Source: Planctomycetales bacterium
GTDB taxonomy: Bacteria > 4484-113
Direction: 5' to 3'
Length of the DNA: 64,000 bases
Assembly: GCA_037441675.1 (NCBI GenBank)
Contig: JBBIRS010000005.1
Span: forward strand, 11,648 to 75,647
The translations under genes were made by a program, and so were the position numbers. The notes under the pieces were generated by a model. It was given only the letters and a program-made list of their open reading frames with translations. It had not been told where the DNA came from and searched no databases. This document shows, piece after piece, positions 19,963 through 30,197 of the stretch. Position 1 is the stretch's first letter, and every line of letters starts with the position of its first letter.

Positions 19963-21018
19963 TTAGTCTTTATCTTTCTTCTCGTCTTTATTGGTTAGCA
20001 CCATTGATAACGCTTCCGCAACGTTAAACACGATTGGAATCATCTTTCCGTAATCAAGTCTCTTGGGGCCAATAACTCCGAGCTTTCCCTCATCAGAATC
20101 CTTATATGTGTACTTTGACACGAGTATGCTCGCGTTCCTCAGCTCCTTCTTTCCGGTTTCCTCTCCAATTAGTGCATCTACGCTAGAAGTAAAATCGCTC
20201 TTCTTAATTATATCTATGAAGCTATCCTGGTCTTTGATTGTCTCAATGAGCTCGGTAAATGCTGTTTTATCCGTAAATTCTGGCTGGGAAAGCAGAACAT
20301 ATGCTTCGGTATAAGCTACTTTCTCAAAGCTATCGCCTGCCTTTTTGAATAACTCTTCCAACCTGGGATAAAGAGCTGGAATTCTATCAGCTAAACCCTT
20401 AACCAATTGCTTTAACTCGCGTAAATTAACCTCCGAAAGTTTTTTGCCACGTAAGTAATTGTTAAGCCTCTCGTTTACGATGCCGAGCATCATCTTACGA
20501 ACGGGGATTTCTGTTTCCAATATTTTACTCTGGAATACACCACCATCGGTTATCGCTAGAATCACTACCTGATTAAAATCAATTTCAATGATATACACGC
20601 TTTTGATAACTATTGATTCTTTTGATGGAATAGTCATATAAGCAAGATAGTTGGACTTTTCCGTCAACTTATCAAGGGCTGCAGATATAAGAGCGCTAAG
20701 CTCTGTGTGAAGACGGCGGAAGGTTCGATAAAGCGCTCTCACTTCTCGGCGATCAAGAATTAACCTGGTGATTAGAGAATCAACATACAGACGATAAGCC
20801 TTGCTTGTGGGCGCTCTTCCACTCATGGAGTGGGTTTGCTCTAGAAAGCCAAGTTCCGTTAATTCTCTAAGCTCGTTACGAATGGTTGCACTGCTCATAT
20901 CAAAGAACTTTTCCAGATAACTAGAGCTTATTGGCTCTGCCCTGCGAATGTAATTTTCCACAAGGCTTATTAGAATTTCACGTTTTCTTTGGCTTAGTTT
21001 GATGTCTATTAGCGTCAT
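19963..21018 (-). CDS. hrcA: Heat-inducible transcription repressor HrcA
   Basis: YIRRAEPISS, SSATIRNEL..L...GFLEQTHSMSGRAPT..AYRLYVD, LGVIGPKRLDY. Confidence 0.93.
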   Translation of the reverse strand: MTLIDIKLSQRKREILISLVENYIRRAEPISSSYLEKFFDMSSATIRNELRELTELGFLEQTHSMSGRAPTSKAYRLYVDSLITRLILDRREVRALYRTFRRLHTELSALISAALDKLTEKSNYLAYMTIPSKESIVIKSVYIIEIDFNQVVILAITDGGVFQSKILETEIPVRKMMLGIVNERLNNYLRGKKLSEVNLRELKQLVKGLADRIPALYPRLEELFKKAGDSFEKVAYTEAYVLLSQPEFTDKTAFTELIETIKDQDSFIDIIKKSDFTSSVDALIGEETGKKELRNASILVSKYTYKDSDEGKLGVIGPKRLDYGKMIPIVFNVAEALSMVLTNKDEKKDKD

Positions 21019-21208
21019 ATTCTTTTTCTATGCCTCTTTTTTTTACCAATATGAGTATATAACTGATTGGTTATTTCCCCAAATTGCGCAATCTAATTGC
21101 GCAAGCTATTGATCATTACTGGATAAACACGCAACTATTAAAGTTTACCTATGAAATACCATTTGTTTACTTATACTTAAGACCTTGACGATTGGAATTT
21201 TGGGATAC

Positions 21209-21236
21209 TTGACATTTTACAATTAGTTGTTATAAT
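21209..21236 (+). promoter_or_regulatory. Housekeeping-sigma promoter of groESL
   Basis: TTGACA (21209-21214), 16-nt spacer, extended TGn-TATAAT (21231-21236). Confidence 0.9.
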
Positions 21237-21262
21237 TAGCAACTGAAGCATTCGGTTGCTAA
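21236..21262. promoter_or_regulatory. CIRCE-like HrcA operator (variant)
   Basis: TTAGCAACT-N9-GGTTGCTAA overlapping the -10/TSS of groES, with hrcA divergent. Confidence 0.85.
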
Positions 21263-21375
21263 CAGGCAAAGGGCTAGATTGCTAAGCATTCCTGTAACAG
21301 CCAGACTATTAAAGCAGTAGTAATTTAAAATTCTAAAAGGATTCAAAAATTTCGGATAAAGGAGGTCAAAGAACT

Positions 21376-21678
21376 ATGAGTAAGAAGTTTGCTTATACAC
21401 CCGCCCCTGGGAGGGTGATAGTGAAGCCTCTTGAAAATGAAGAGGCAAAGACACCCGGTGGAATTGTTATTCCAGATTCTGCGAAGGAGCGCCCTGTCCT
21501 GGGAGAAGTAGTAGCGGTTGGAGAAGGAAAGATTCTTGATAATGGGCAGAGGGCTCCGGTATTTCTTTCTCAGGGCATGAAGGTTCTTTACAGTAAGTAC
21601 GCTGGCACTGAGGTTAAGATTGGTGGTGAGGAGTACCTCATCCTACGCGATGACGACATTATGGCTTGGGAGGGTTAA
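21376..21678 (+). CDS. groES: Co-chaperonin GroES
   Basis: [46 protein letters not shown]. Confidence 0.98.
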   Translation: MSKKFAYTPAPGRVIVKPLENEEAKTPGGIVIPDSAKERPVLGEVVAVGEGKILDNGQRAPVFLSQGMKVLYSKYAGTEVKIGGEEYLILRDDDIMAWEG

Positions 21679-21722
21679 CAATCTCCATGAAATGTGTAAA
21701 CCAACCAAAGAAGGAGGAATGA

Positions 21723-23375
<1,653 letters not shown>

Positions 23376-23417
23376 TTGCCCCTCTCTTTATGTATCTTTA
23401 TCTCGAAATTGATTTTG

Positions 23418-23459
23418 TAGGGCTGGAACTAGAAAATCTAGTTCCAGCCCTATGTCTTT
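23418..23459 (+). terminator. groESL terminator
   Basis: Perfect 16-bp stem TAGGGCTGGAACTAGA-AAA-TCTAGTTCCAGCCCTA with a T-rich tail. Confidence 0.85.
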
Positions 23460-23587
23460 AATGTAAGAGACGTTCATAAATCCTGAACTTCTTATCCTGA
23501 AGTTTCTTATATCTTGAGAATAAACCGCTTTAACTTTTCTCTAATCATTTATTGATTGACGTTAAGTTTTCAAGAGTTTAGAATTAG

Positions 23588-25696
23588 ATGCACACTCCAG
23601 CTGTTCAAGAGGGTTTCATAGCCATGCTGATTGGGCTTTCAATTTTCTTTGCTATTCTCGCAATCGCACTTGCTATCTACTTGACTTTGCAGAATGTAAA
23701 GGCGGACGCGGGAAGCGAGAAAATGCAGGAAATTAGTGAAGCAATACAAATCGGAGCAATGGCTTTTTTAAGGCGTGAATACGCATTTATTACAATCTTT
23801 GCTTTCGTTGTTTTTGCGATAATTATCATTTCAACACGCTTCACTCAGGATTTAACATGGAAAATAGGGATTTCTTTTCTTGTGGGCGCTTTTCTTTCGG
23901 GACTTGCCGGTTATATTGGTATGCGTGTTGCTACTTTAAGTAACGCACGAACAACCGAGGCAGCAAAGAGAGGGATTATCCCCGCAATTAGGATTTCTTT
24001 TTCTGCTGGCGCAGTGCTCGGACTTACCGTGGTTGGGCTGGCTTTGTTGGGGATTTCAGTTCTATTTATTATTTTTACACGGAATAATCCTGCCCTCTTT
24101 GCGGATGTTTTAACTAAGGATATTCTTGGTTTCTCTCTTGGGGCTAGTTCTATAGCTCTTTTTGCTAGGGTTGGTGGAGGCATTTACACTAAGGCAGCTG
24201 ATGTAGGCGCAGATTTAGTGGGAAAGATTGAGGCGGGCATTTTAGAGGATGACCCTAGAAATCCCGCGGTTATTGCTGATAATGTGGGCGATAATGTAGG
24301 TGATGTTGCTGGTATGGGCGCAGATTTATTTGAAAGTTACGTGGGCTCCATTATTTCCGCTATGCTTCTTGGTTACTTGGCATTCCACACGACACTGGCA
24401 GCCATCTATCCGCTACTAATCGCAAGTATTGGGATAGTTGCAGCGATTGTTGGCATTTTCTTCACGAATACGATTACCGGCAAGCACCCTCAATCTGCGT
24501 TAAGAAACGGAACAATTGTAGCCGCAGGTTTAATGATTATCTTGACCGTCCTTGCTACTATTTACTTGCGGGAAATCCCCAATGGGATTCTCTTTGCCAT
24601 AATTGCCGGCTTAGTTGCAAGCCTAATTATTTCTTTTTTCACTGAGTATTACACCAGTTATGATTTTTCACCTACTCGCGCTCTTTCCAAATCTACATTA
24701 ACGGGCGCAGCTACAACTATTCTTGGCGGAATATCGCTTGGCATGTACTCTGCGGTAATTCCACTTTTGGTTATCGTAATCGCTATATTGGGCTCTTTTG
24801 CGGTTGCGGGTGGTTTTACTGAACCAGCAAAGGGATTGTTCGGCGTTGCCATATCGGCGGTTGGTATGCTTTCAACTCTTGGCATTACGCTGGCAGTTGA
24901 TGCTTATGGGCCGATTGCGGATAACGCAGGTAGCATTGCTCAGATGGCTGAGCTTCCCAAGGAAATTCGGGAAATAACTGACAGCTTGGATGCGGTTGGA
25001 AATACAACCGCTGCTATTGGGAAGGGTTTTGCTATAAGCTCAGCTGCACTTACCGCACTTGCATTCTTCTCTGCCTATACAAGCAAGGCAGGCATACCAG
25101 CTTTAGACTTAAGCCAACCTGTGGTTATTTCAGGACTTCTGATAGGAGCGATGTTGCCGTTTTTATTCGTATCACTGGCGATAAGGGCAATTGGGCTTTC
25201 CGCGCAGAGTATGGTGGAAGAGGTGAGAAGGCAATTTAGGGAAATTCCGGGACTCTTGGAAGGGAAGGCGAAGGGAAATTATGCACACTGCATTGATATT
25301 GCGACGGTAAGTGCGCTGAAAAGGATGATGGCACCTGGGCTTCTTGCTGTACTATCACCGTTCGTTGTTGGGCTTTTGTTCAAGTATATTAAGGGCTTTT
25401 CAGCTATGCCTAATGCTCCTGGCGGGACGGAAGCGGTGGGCGGTATGCTCGCGGGCGCACTAGCTACCGGAGTAATGATTGCTATATTTTTGGCAAATGC
25501 AGGTGGAGCTTGGGATAACGCAAAGAAGTGGATTGAGAAGGGCAATCTCGGTGGAAAAGGAAGCGAACCGCATAAGTCCGCGGTCATTTTGGATACCGTG
25601 GGCGATTCGTTTAAGGATGCCGCAGGTCCTAGCTTGAACATCCTTCTAAAGCTTATGAGCATTGTTTCTCTTGTCTTCGTGGCTTGGTTCAAATAG
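23588..25696 (+). CDS. hppA: Membrane-bound ion-translocating pyrophosphatase, K+-dependent (possibly Na+-pumping)
   Basis: GGGIYTKAADVGADLVGKIE, DNVGDNVGD, GNTTAAIGKG (Ala form indicates K+ dependence), GGAWDNAKK. Confidence 0.95.
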   Translation: MHTPAVQEGFIAMLIGLSIFFAILAIALAIYLTLQNVKADAGSEKMQEISEAIQIGAMAFLRREYAFITIFAFVVFAIIIISTRFTQDLTWKIGISFLVGAFLSGLAGYIGMRVATLSNARTTEAAKRGIIPAIRISFSAGAVLGLTVVGLALLGISVLFIIFTRNNPALFADVLTKDILGFSLGASSIALFARVGGGIYTKAADVGADLVGKIEAGILEDDPRNPAVIADNVGDNVGDVAGMGADLFESYVGSIISAMLLGYLAFHTTLAAIYPLLIASIGIVAAIVGIFFTNTITGKHPQSALRNGTIVAAGLMIILTVLATIYLREIPNGILFAIIAGLVASLIISFFTEYYTSYDFSPTRALSKSTLTGAATTILGGISLGMYSAVIPLLVIVIAILGSFAVAGGFTEPAKGLFGVAISAVGMLSTLGITLAVDAYGPIADNAGSIAQMAELPKEIREITDSLDAVGNTTAAIGKGFAISSAALTALAFFSAYTSKAGIPALDLSQPVVISGLLIGAMLPFLFVSLAIRAIGLSAQSMVEEVRRQFREIPGLLEGKAKGNYAHCIDIATVSALKRMMAPGLLAVLSPFVVGLLFKYIKGFSAMPNAPGGTEAVGGMLAGALATGVMIAIFLANAGGAWDNAKKWIEKGNLGGKGSEPHKSAVILDTVGDSFKDAAGPSLNILLKLMSIVSLVFVAWFK

Positions 25697-25855
25697 ATGG
25701 AGCTGGGCTAGGCTGGGTTAAGCTCTCTTTAGTTAATACTTAAGCCTACTGCTCTTGGCTTTATAAGTTCTTTTCTGGATATTTCGATAATTAAGATTTT
25801 AATAGGATTTTCAGCTTCGCTTTTTTTGCCTTTTATTCAGGATATGCGCCTTTTA

Positions 25856-26467
25856 CTACTTTTGTTCCCCCTTTTCCTTCAAGGCGAAAGCCTTCTCCGT
25901 TACACTAATTAAATCTCTTGAGAATCCTTCGACAACCTTAATCGGGAAGCCCCCCTTGGTGAAGAAGTAAAATATTGGAACGCCTTTTGTTTTAATCTGG
26001 TATTTTTCGCCTGTTACACGAGCTCCAGGATCTAGTAAAACTGTGAAACCCAAGCTTGAATTCTTCGCATTTTTCTTCGCATTTGAGAACACCTTTTCCT
26101 GTGAAGGAGCAACACTAATTCCAACGACCCTTACCTTGCCTGATGCATTTTTCTCAATCCATTCATTAAGCTCTATTACGAATGGTTCCTGAAGCTTGCA
26201 GATGGGTGATTCAGAAGAAAAAAAGTAGAAAATAACATTACTTTCAAGAAGAAGGTCAGCAAAATTTAATTTCTCATCGCTACCAAGAGCGGGCAACTCA
26301 AAGTAAAAGGGACTACTCTTCAGAAGCTTCTTAATCTCCTCCAATTCAGCCTGATCCCACTTTTCCTTATCCTCAGCAAGGGCTGTAAAGCTTGCGAAGG
26401 ATAGAGCTATTAGCAGGAATATAAATACAGCTTCTTGAAGACTCATCCTTTGTTTGCGTATCGTCAT
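25856..26467 (-). CDS. Exported thioredoxin-fold (redoxin/TlpA-like) protein with SxxC
   Basis: Signal peptide, IFYFFSSESPICK, VVGISV, FTVLLDP, GVPIFYFFTKGG. Confidence 0.65.
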   Translation of the reverse strand: MTIRKQRMSLQEAVFIFLLIALSFASFTALAEDKEKWDQAELEEIKKLLKSSPFYFELPALGSDEKLNFADLLLESNVIFYFFSSESPICKLQEPFVIELNEWIEKNASGKVRVVGISVAPSQEKVFSNAKKNAKNSSLGFTVLLDPGARVTGEKYQIKTKGVPIFYFFTKGGFPIKVVEGFSRDLISVTEKAFALKEKGEQK

Positions 26468-26469
26468 TA

Positions 26470-27006
26470 TTACTTTTTTCCTCGCCTTACTTCATCAATC
26501 TGCGAATAATCTTTATTGGAGCATAACTCCGCCAGGGCTCTAAGGTTCCGATGTACGTAGATAAGAGCGTCTTCACCCGTGTCGCTGTAGTAGCGTTTCC
26601 TTATGCCGATTTGGATAAAACCAAGGCTCTTGTAGAGGTTAATAGCAGGGATGTTGTTGATGCGAACCTCAAGTATTATGTAAGAAATTCCTTCCTGTAG
26701 CGCAGTTTTTGCGGTAAAGGCAATCAACTCTTTTGCAATGCCTAGTTCGCGATACTCCTTCTTAGTGGCGATAGTCCCAATATGACACTCATCCATAACG
26801 AACCATGAACCAATATAACCAACAATTTCTTTTCCTGCTTCCAGGCGAGCGCAGTAAAATCGGGCTCGCGAGTTTCTTTCTATATCATACTGGTAAACTT
26901 CTCTACTCCAGGGCGTAGGGAAAGAGTACTCTTCAATCTCCATCACCTCATCTAAATCGGAGGTTCGCATTGGCTCAATTATCAGTTTTATCGCCCTATT
27001 CTCCAC
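26470..27006 (-). CDS. rimI: Ribosomal-protein alanine N-acetyltransferase RimI-like
   Basis: DLDEVMEIEEYSFPTPWS, LEVRINNIPAINLYKSLGF..IGIRKRYY..GEDAL. Confidence 0.88.
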   Translation of the reverse strand: MENRAIKLIIEPMRTSDLDEVMEIEEYSFPTPWSREVYQYDIERNSRARFYCARLEAGKEIVGYIGSWFVMDECHIGTIATKKEYRELGIAKELIAFTAKTALQEGISYIILEVRINNIPAINLYKSLGFIQIGIRKRYYSDTGEDALIYVHRNLRALAELCSNKDYSQIDEVRRGKK

Positions 27007-27080
27007 TGTAATTATTTTATCCTATAACGCTAAAGAGTTTACTGAAAGGAATGTTTGATTTAGTAAAAACAAAAATATGA

Positions 27081-27878
27081 TTAAAGGTACGTTTCAGAAG
27101 GGATAACCTTTCTAAGTTTTGCTAGGGCAATGCGCTGAATGCGGGAGATGTTCATCTGGCTGGTGCCAAGTTTGATTGCGACCTCCCTTTGCGGGAGCCC
27201 TTCCCAGAAGCGTAACCGAAGCACCTCTGCCTCCACCTCGGTTAGGAAGGATAACATATGGTTCCAGAGAATTGAGTCTTGAACTTGTTGAAGGCTGGGT
27301 TTTCTTCCTGCATCAGATTCTGAAATCTCTACTTCGGATGGCAGGATTTCTTCCATAATCTGAAGAGGGTGATAGGCGCTACCTATTTCTAGCGCTTCTT
27401 GAACCTGTTCTTGGGTCAATTTAGTCTCCTGTGAAATTTGCTCAATTGTGGGGGGACAACCCAGCTTAAGGGCGAGAAGATTCTGCGCAGTCAGAACTTT
27501 AAGTGAGCGCTCCTTCAACACCCTTGGAACCCCGATGCTCCAACTCTTATCTCTCAAGTACCTTTGTATTTCTCCGCGAATGGTTCGAAAGGCGAATGTG
27601 GAGAATCTCAACCCTCGCTCAGGCTCAAACCTCTTCACTGCGAGCACAAGCCCAAGCATTCCTACCTGGACTATATCTTCAAATGTATCCTTTCCGACGA
27701 AATACTTGTGAACTATAAAATAGACTAGATTCTTGTACTGTTCAATAATGCGGTCAAAGTTTTCTTCCGTTGGGCTATTAATGTATCTCTTAAAGAGAGC
27801 CTGCTCTTGTTCTAATGTGAGGGAAACCCCTTCCGTTAAGGCGTCAGCCTCTTGTTTGCCTTCGTCTGGCTTCGCCAT
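27081..27878 (-). CDS. SigB/SigF/SigG-family RNA polymerase sigma factor
   Basis: DIVQVGMLGL..AVKRFEPERGLRFSTFA..TIRGEIQRYLRDKSWSIGVPR, QREVA..LGTSQMNISR. Confidence 0.92.
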   Translation of the reverse strand: MAKPDEGKQEADALTEGVSLTLEQEQALFKRYINSPTEENFDRIIEQYKNLVYFIVHKYFVGKDTFEDIVQVGMLGLVLAVKRFEPERGLRFSTFAFRTIRGEIQRYLRDKSWSIGVPRVLKERSLKVLTAQNLLALKLGCPPTIEQISQETKLTQEQVQEALEIGSAYHPLQIMEEILPSEVEISESDAGRKPSLQQVQDSILWNHMLSFLTEVEAEVLRLRFWEGLPQREVAIKLGTSQMNISRIQRIALAKLRKVIPSETYL

Positions 27879-27945
27879 AGGATAGATTCTACTCTCTCAG
27901 AAGAATGCGAGAAATGAATAAGTCTATATCAATTAGCCAATTTTG

Positions 27946-28344
27946 TTACCTGTCGACTCCCGAGCTTGGCTTAAAACTAAGCTTAAGCTCCTTTTCGTCT
28001 TTACTGTAAGTAACAGAGTCAGCAACCTTTTGGAGAATGGACATAACAGGTGTAGCTGTTACGGATGTGTAGGAATGGGAAGGATCGGTTATCCTTACCG
28101 TTAACTGCTCAGGAGTTTCTTCCCAACGCAGAGTCACTACACCAATTTGACCTTCAGACCTCTCCACAACTGCAAGAAACGCTTCCGAGACTACGAACTT
28201 TAGGTCTTCCAATTCGTCAACGTTAAAGCCGAGCCTACTTGCTAGCCCTGAGACAAGGAGCCTTAGCGCTCCCACAAGTCCTTCGTCCGCTGGAAGCCTT
28301 ATTTCTACATTCGCAAGTTTAAGTTCCTTTATCATAATAATCAC
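27946..28344 (-). CDS. RsbW-like anti-sigma factor (degenerate HATPase)
   Basis: LRLLVSGLASRLGFNVDELEDLKFVVSEA; directly upstream of the SigB-type sigma. Confidence 0.75.
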   Translation of the reverse strand: MIIMIKELKLANVEIRLPADEGLVGALRLLVSGLASRLGFNVDELEDLKFVVSEAFLAVVERSEGQIGVVTLRWEETPEQLTVRITDPSHSYTSVTATPVMSILQKVADSVTYSKDEKELKLSFKPSSGVDR

Positions 28345-28509
28345 CGAGATAAATTCACCTGCCTTATTTTACCCATTGTTTTTGCTTTCAAACGGGCATC
28401 CATTTTCTATTCAATTCTTCTTGGATTTTCAGTTTGCCGAAACGTAAGGGGAGGGCTTCTAGATATTATTGATTATTTGCGCGTTGGGATAATTCTTTAG
28501 CTTTTCAAA

Positions 28510-28905
28510 CTAATTATCAGGGGAGGAAGGGAAGATACGCCCATATAGCTTAGGCGCTAGCAGGCAAGCCAGCATTACACCGAAAATATTCGCAAGAATG
28601 TCAAACAGATTGAAGTTCCTAGTGGGCAGAAACAACTGCGCACTCTCAAAAAGGATACTCACAAGGATTATTGGAATATTCAGATAGATTCTTCTCTTGA
28701 GGGAATGAGCTTCACAGCCAACTGAAAGTGTATAGATTAATGACAAAATGAAGTAGCCAGCTAAATGTCCAAGGGTGGAACTTGGGTCATCCCAACCGTA
28801 CCAGGGCACAAACTTTGTCCTTCTAGAGGGCTTAAGTTGATAGTAAGCTAAGATAGTAAGAACCAATGTAAAGGTGGTCCAACCGAAAATTCTACTTTTT
28901 TTCAT
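28510..28905 (-). CDS. VanZ-family membrane protein
   Basis: H..GYF..., E..Q.FLPTR..NLFDILANIFG. Confidence 0.75.
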   Translation of the reverse strand: MKKSRIFGWTTFTLVLTILAYYQLKPSRRTKFVPWYGWDDPSSTLGHLAGYFILSLIYTLSVGCEAHSLKRRIYLNIPIILVSILFESAQLFLPTRNFNLFDILANIFGVMLACLLAPKLYGRIFPSSPDN

Positions 28906-29369
28906 TCGTTCTCCTTAGCTCTCAACTCCTGAAAGAAGTTGGCCATCAAGGCTTTAATCTCTTTCGGGAAATGTCCGCTGAATATTTTTAATTTGCGAAA
29001 ACGCGAGTGAGAGTTTAAGTTAAAAATTGTGAAGGCGCCCAATTTTGGTTCAGTCACACCAAAGTGGAGCTCTGATATTCTTGCAAGCAAAATTGCGCCA
29101 AGGCACATAATGCATGGTTCAACAGTTACAAATATGCGAGTATTTTCAAGCCGAAAATCGCCTAGCCTTTTGCCAGCTTGCCTGATGGCGATAATTTCAG
29201 CGTGCGCGGTGGGATCCTTCAGACTTATGGTTTTGTTAAATCCACTTCCAATTATTTCACCATTTAACTCAATCACACATCCAACGGGGACTTCGCCAAG
29301 CGAACTTGCTCTCTTGGCGAGATGTAGCGCTTTTTGCATGAGTTTTTCTTCTATTGTCTGCATTGCCAA
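28902..29369 (-). CDS. tadA: tRNA adenosine(34) deaminase
   Basis: GEVPVG, DPTAHAE, VTVEPCIMCLGA. Start is TTG 29369 or ATG 29363. Confidence 0.92.
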   Translation of the reverse strand: MAMQTIEEKLMQKALHLAKRASSLGEVPVGCVIELNGEIIGSGFNKTISLKDPTAHAEIIAIRQAGKRLGDFRLENTRIFVTVEPCIMCLGAILLARISELHFGVTEPKLGAFTIFNLNSHSRFRKLKIFSGHFPKEIKALMANFFQELRAKENE

Positions 29370-29406
29370 GTGGATTATAACCCTTTTCCTTTGCTAGAAT
29401 GAAAAA

Positions 29407-30039
29407 GTGAGTTTCAGGGATAGATTTCACTCAGGTCAGCTTTTGGCTGAGAGAATCCTCAAGCTGAAAGATGAACTGACAGATCCGATAGTCTTGGCTC
29501 TTCCAAGGGGCGGAATTGAGGTTGGCTATCAGATATCTCAAAAAATGGGGTGTCCCTTGAGCGTCTTCATCGTTAGAAAGCTTGGAGCTCCTGGAAATCC
29601 CGAATTTGCAATAGGCGCTGTAACAGAAACGGGTAAGGTTCTTGAAAGTGAATACTGTAAGGAGTACGGGAAGTTCTTTCAGAAAATCCGCGAGGAGGAG
29701 GAGAAAAGAATTCTTCATCAAAAGCAAGTTTTTAGGCAAGGCAAGGAGCTGGAGAGTGTTGAAGGTAGAAGCGTAATCTTGTGTGATGATGGTGTTGCTA
29801 CGGGTTTAACTTTCAAGGCTGCAATTTTGGGAGTGAAGGAAATGAGCCCTCGAGAAGTAATAGCGGCTGTTCCGGTTGCGCCCTATGATGTTGCTATGGA
29901 AATTTCAAGTCTTGTTGACAGGGGAATTTTTTTGGAGACTCCGACCTTCTTTGTTGCTGTCTCCCAATTCTATCAATCCTTCTATGATAAGGAGGATAGC
30001 TTTTATAGGAGTTTGCTCGGGATTGAGAAAGAAGGATAG
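29407..30039 (+). CDS. Phosphoribosyltransferase-family protein
   Basis: FRDR..SG..LA, VLALPRGG, VRKLGAPGNPEFAIGA, ILCDDGVATG. Confidence 0.88.
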   Translation: MSFRDRFHSGQLLAERILKLKDELTDPIVLALPRGGIEVGYQISQKMGCPLSVFIVRKLGAPGNPEFAIGAVTETGKVLESEYCKEYGKFFQKIREEEEKRILHQKQVFRQGKELESVEGRSVILCDDGVATGLTFKAAILGVKEMSPREVIAAVPVAPYDVAMEISSLVDRGIFLETPTFFVAVSQFYQSFYDKEDSFYRSLLGIEKEG

Positions 30040-30197
30040 GCGGAGTATTTCTCGATAGATATAAAGCTAGATTTAACACTTTCGTGGCAATGTTAGCTTG
30101 GCAAGTAGGTCATAATTGCAATTTTCACTCAAGCGCGGACTGTAGAGAATTTGGAAGCCCTGCTCTAAGCCTTTTATGTCATGATGGGAAGTTTCGC

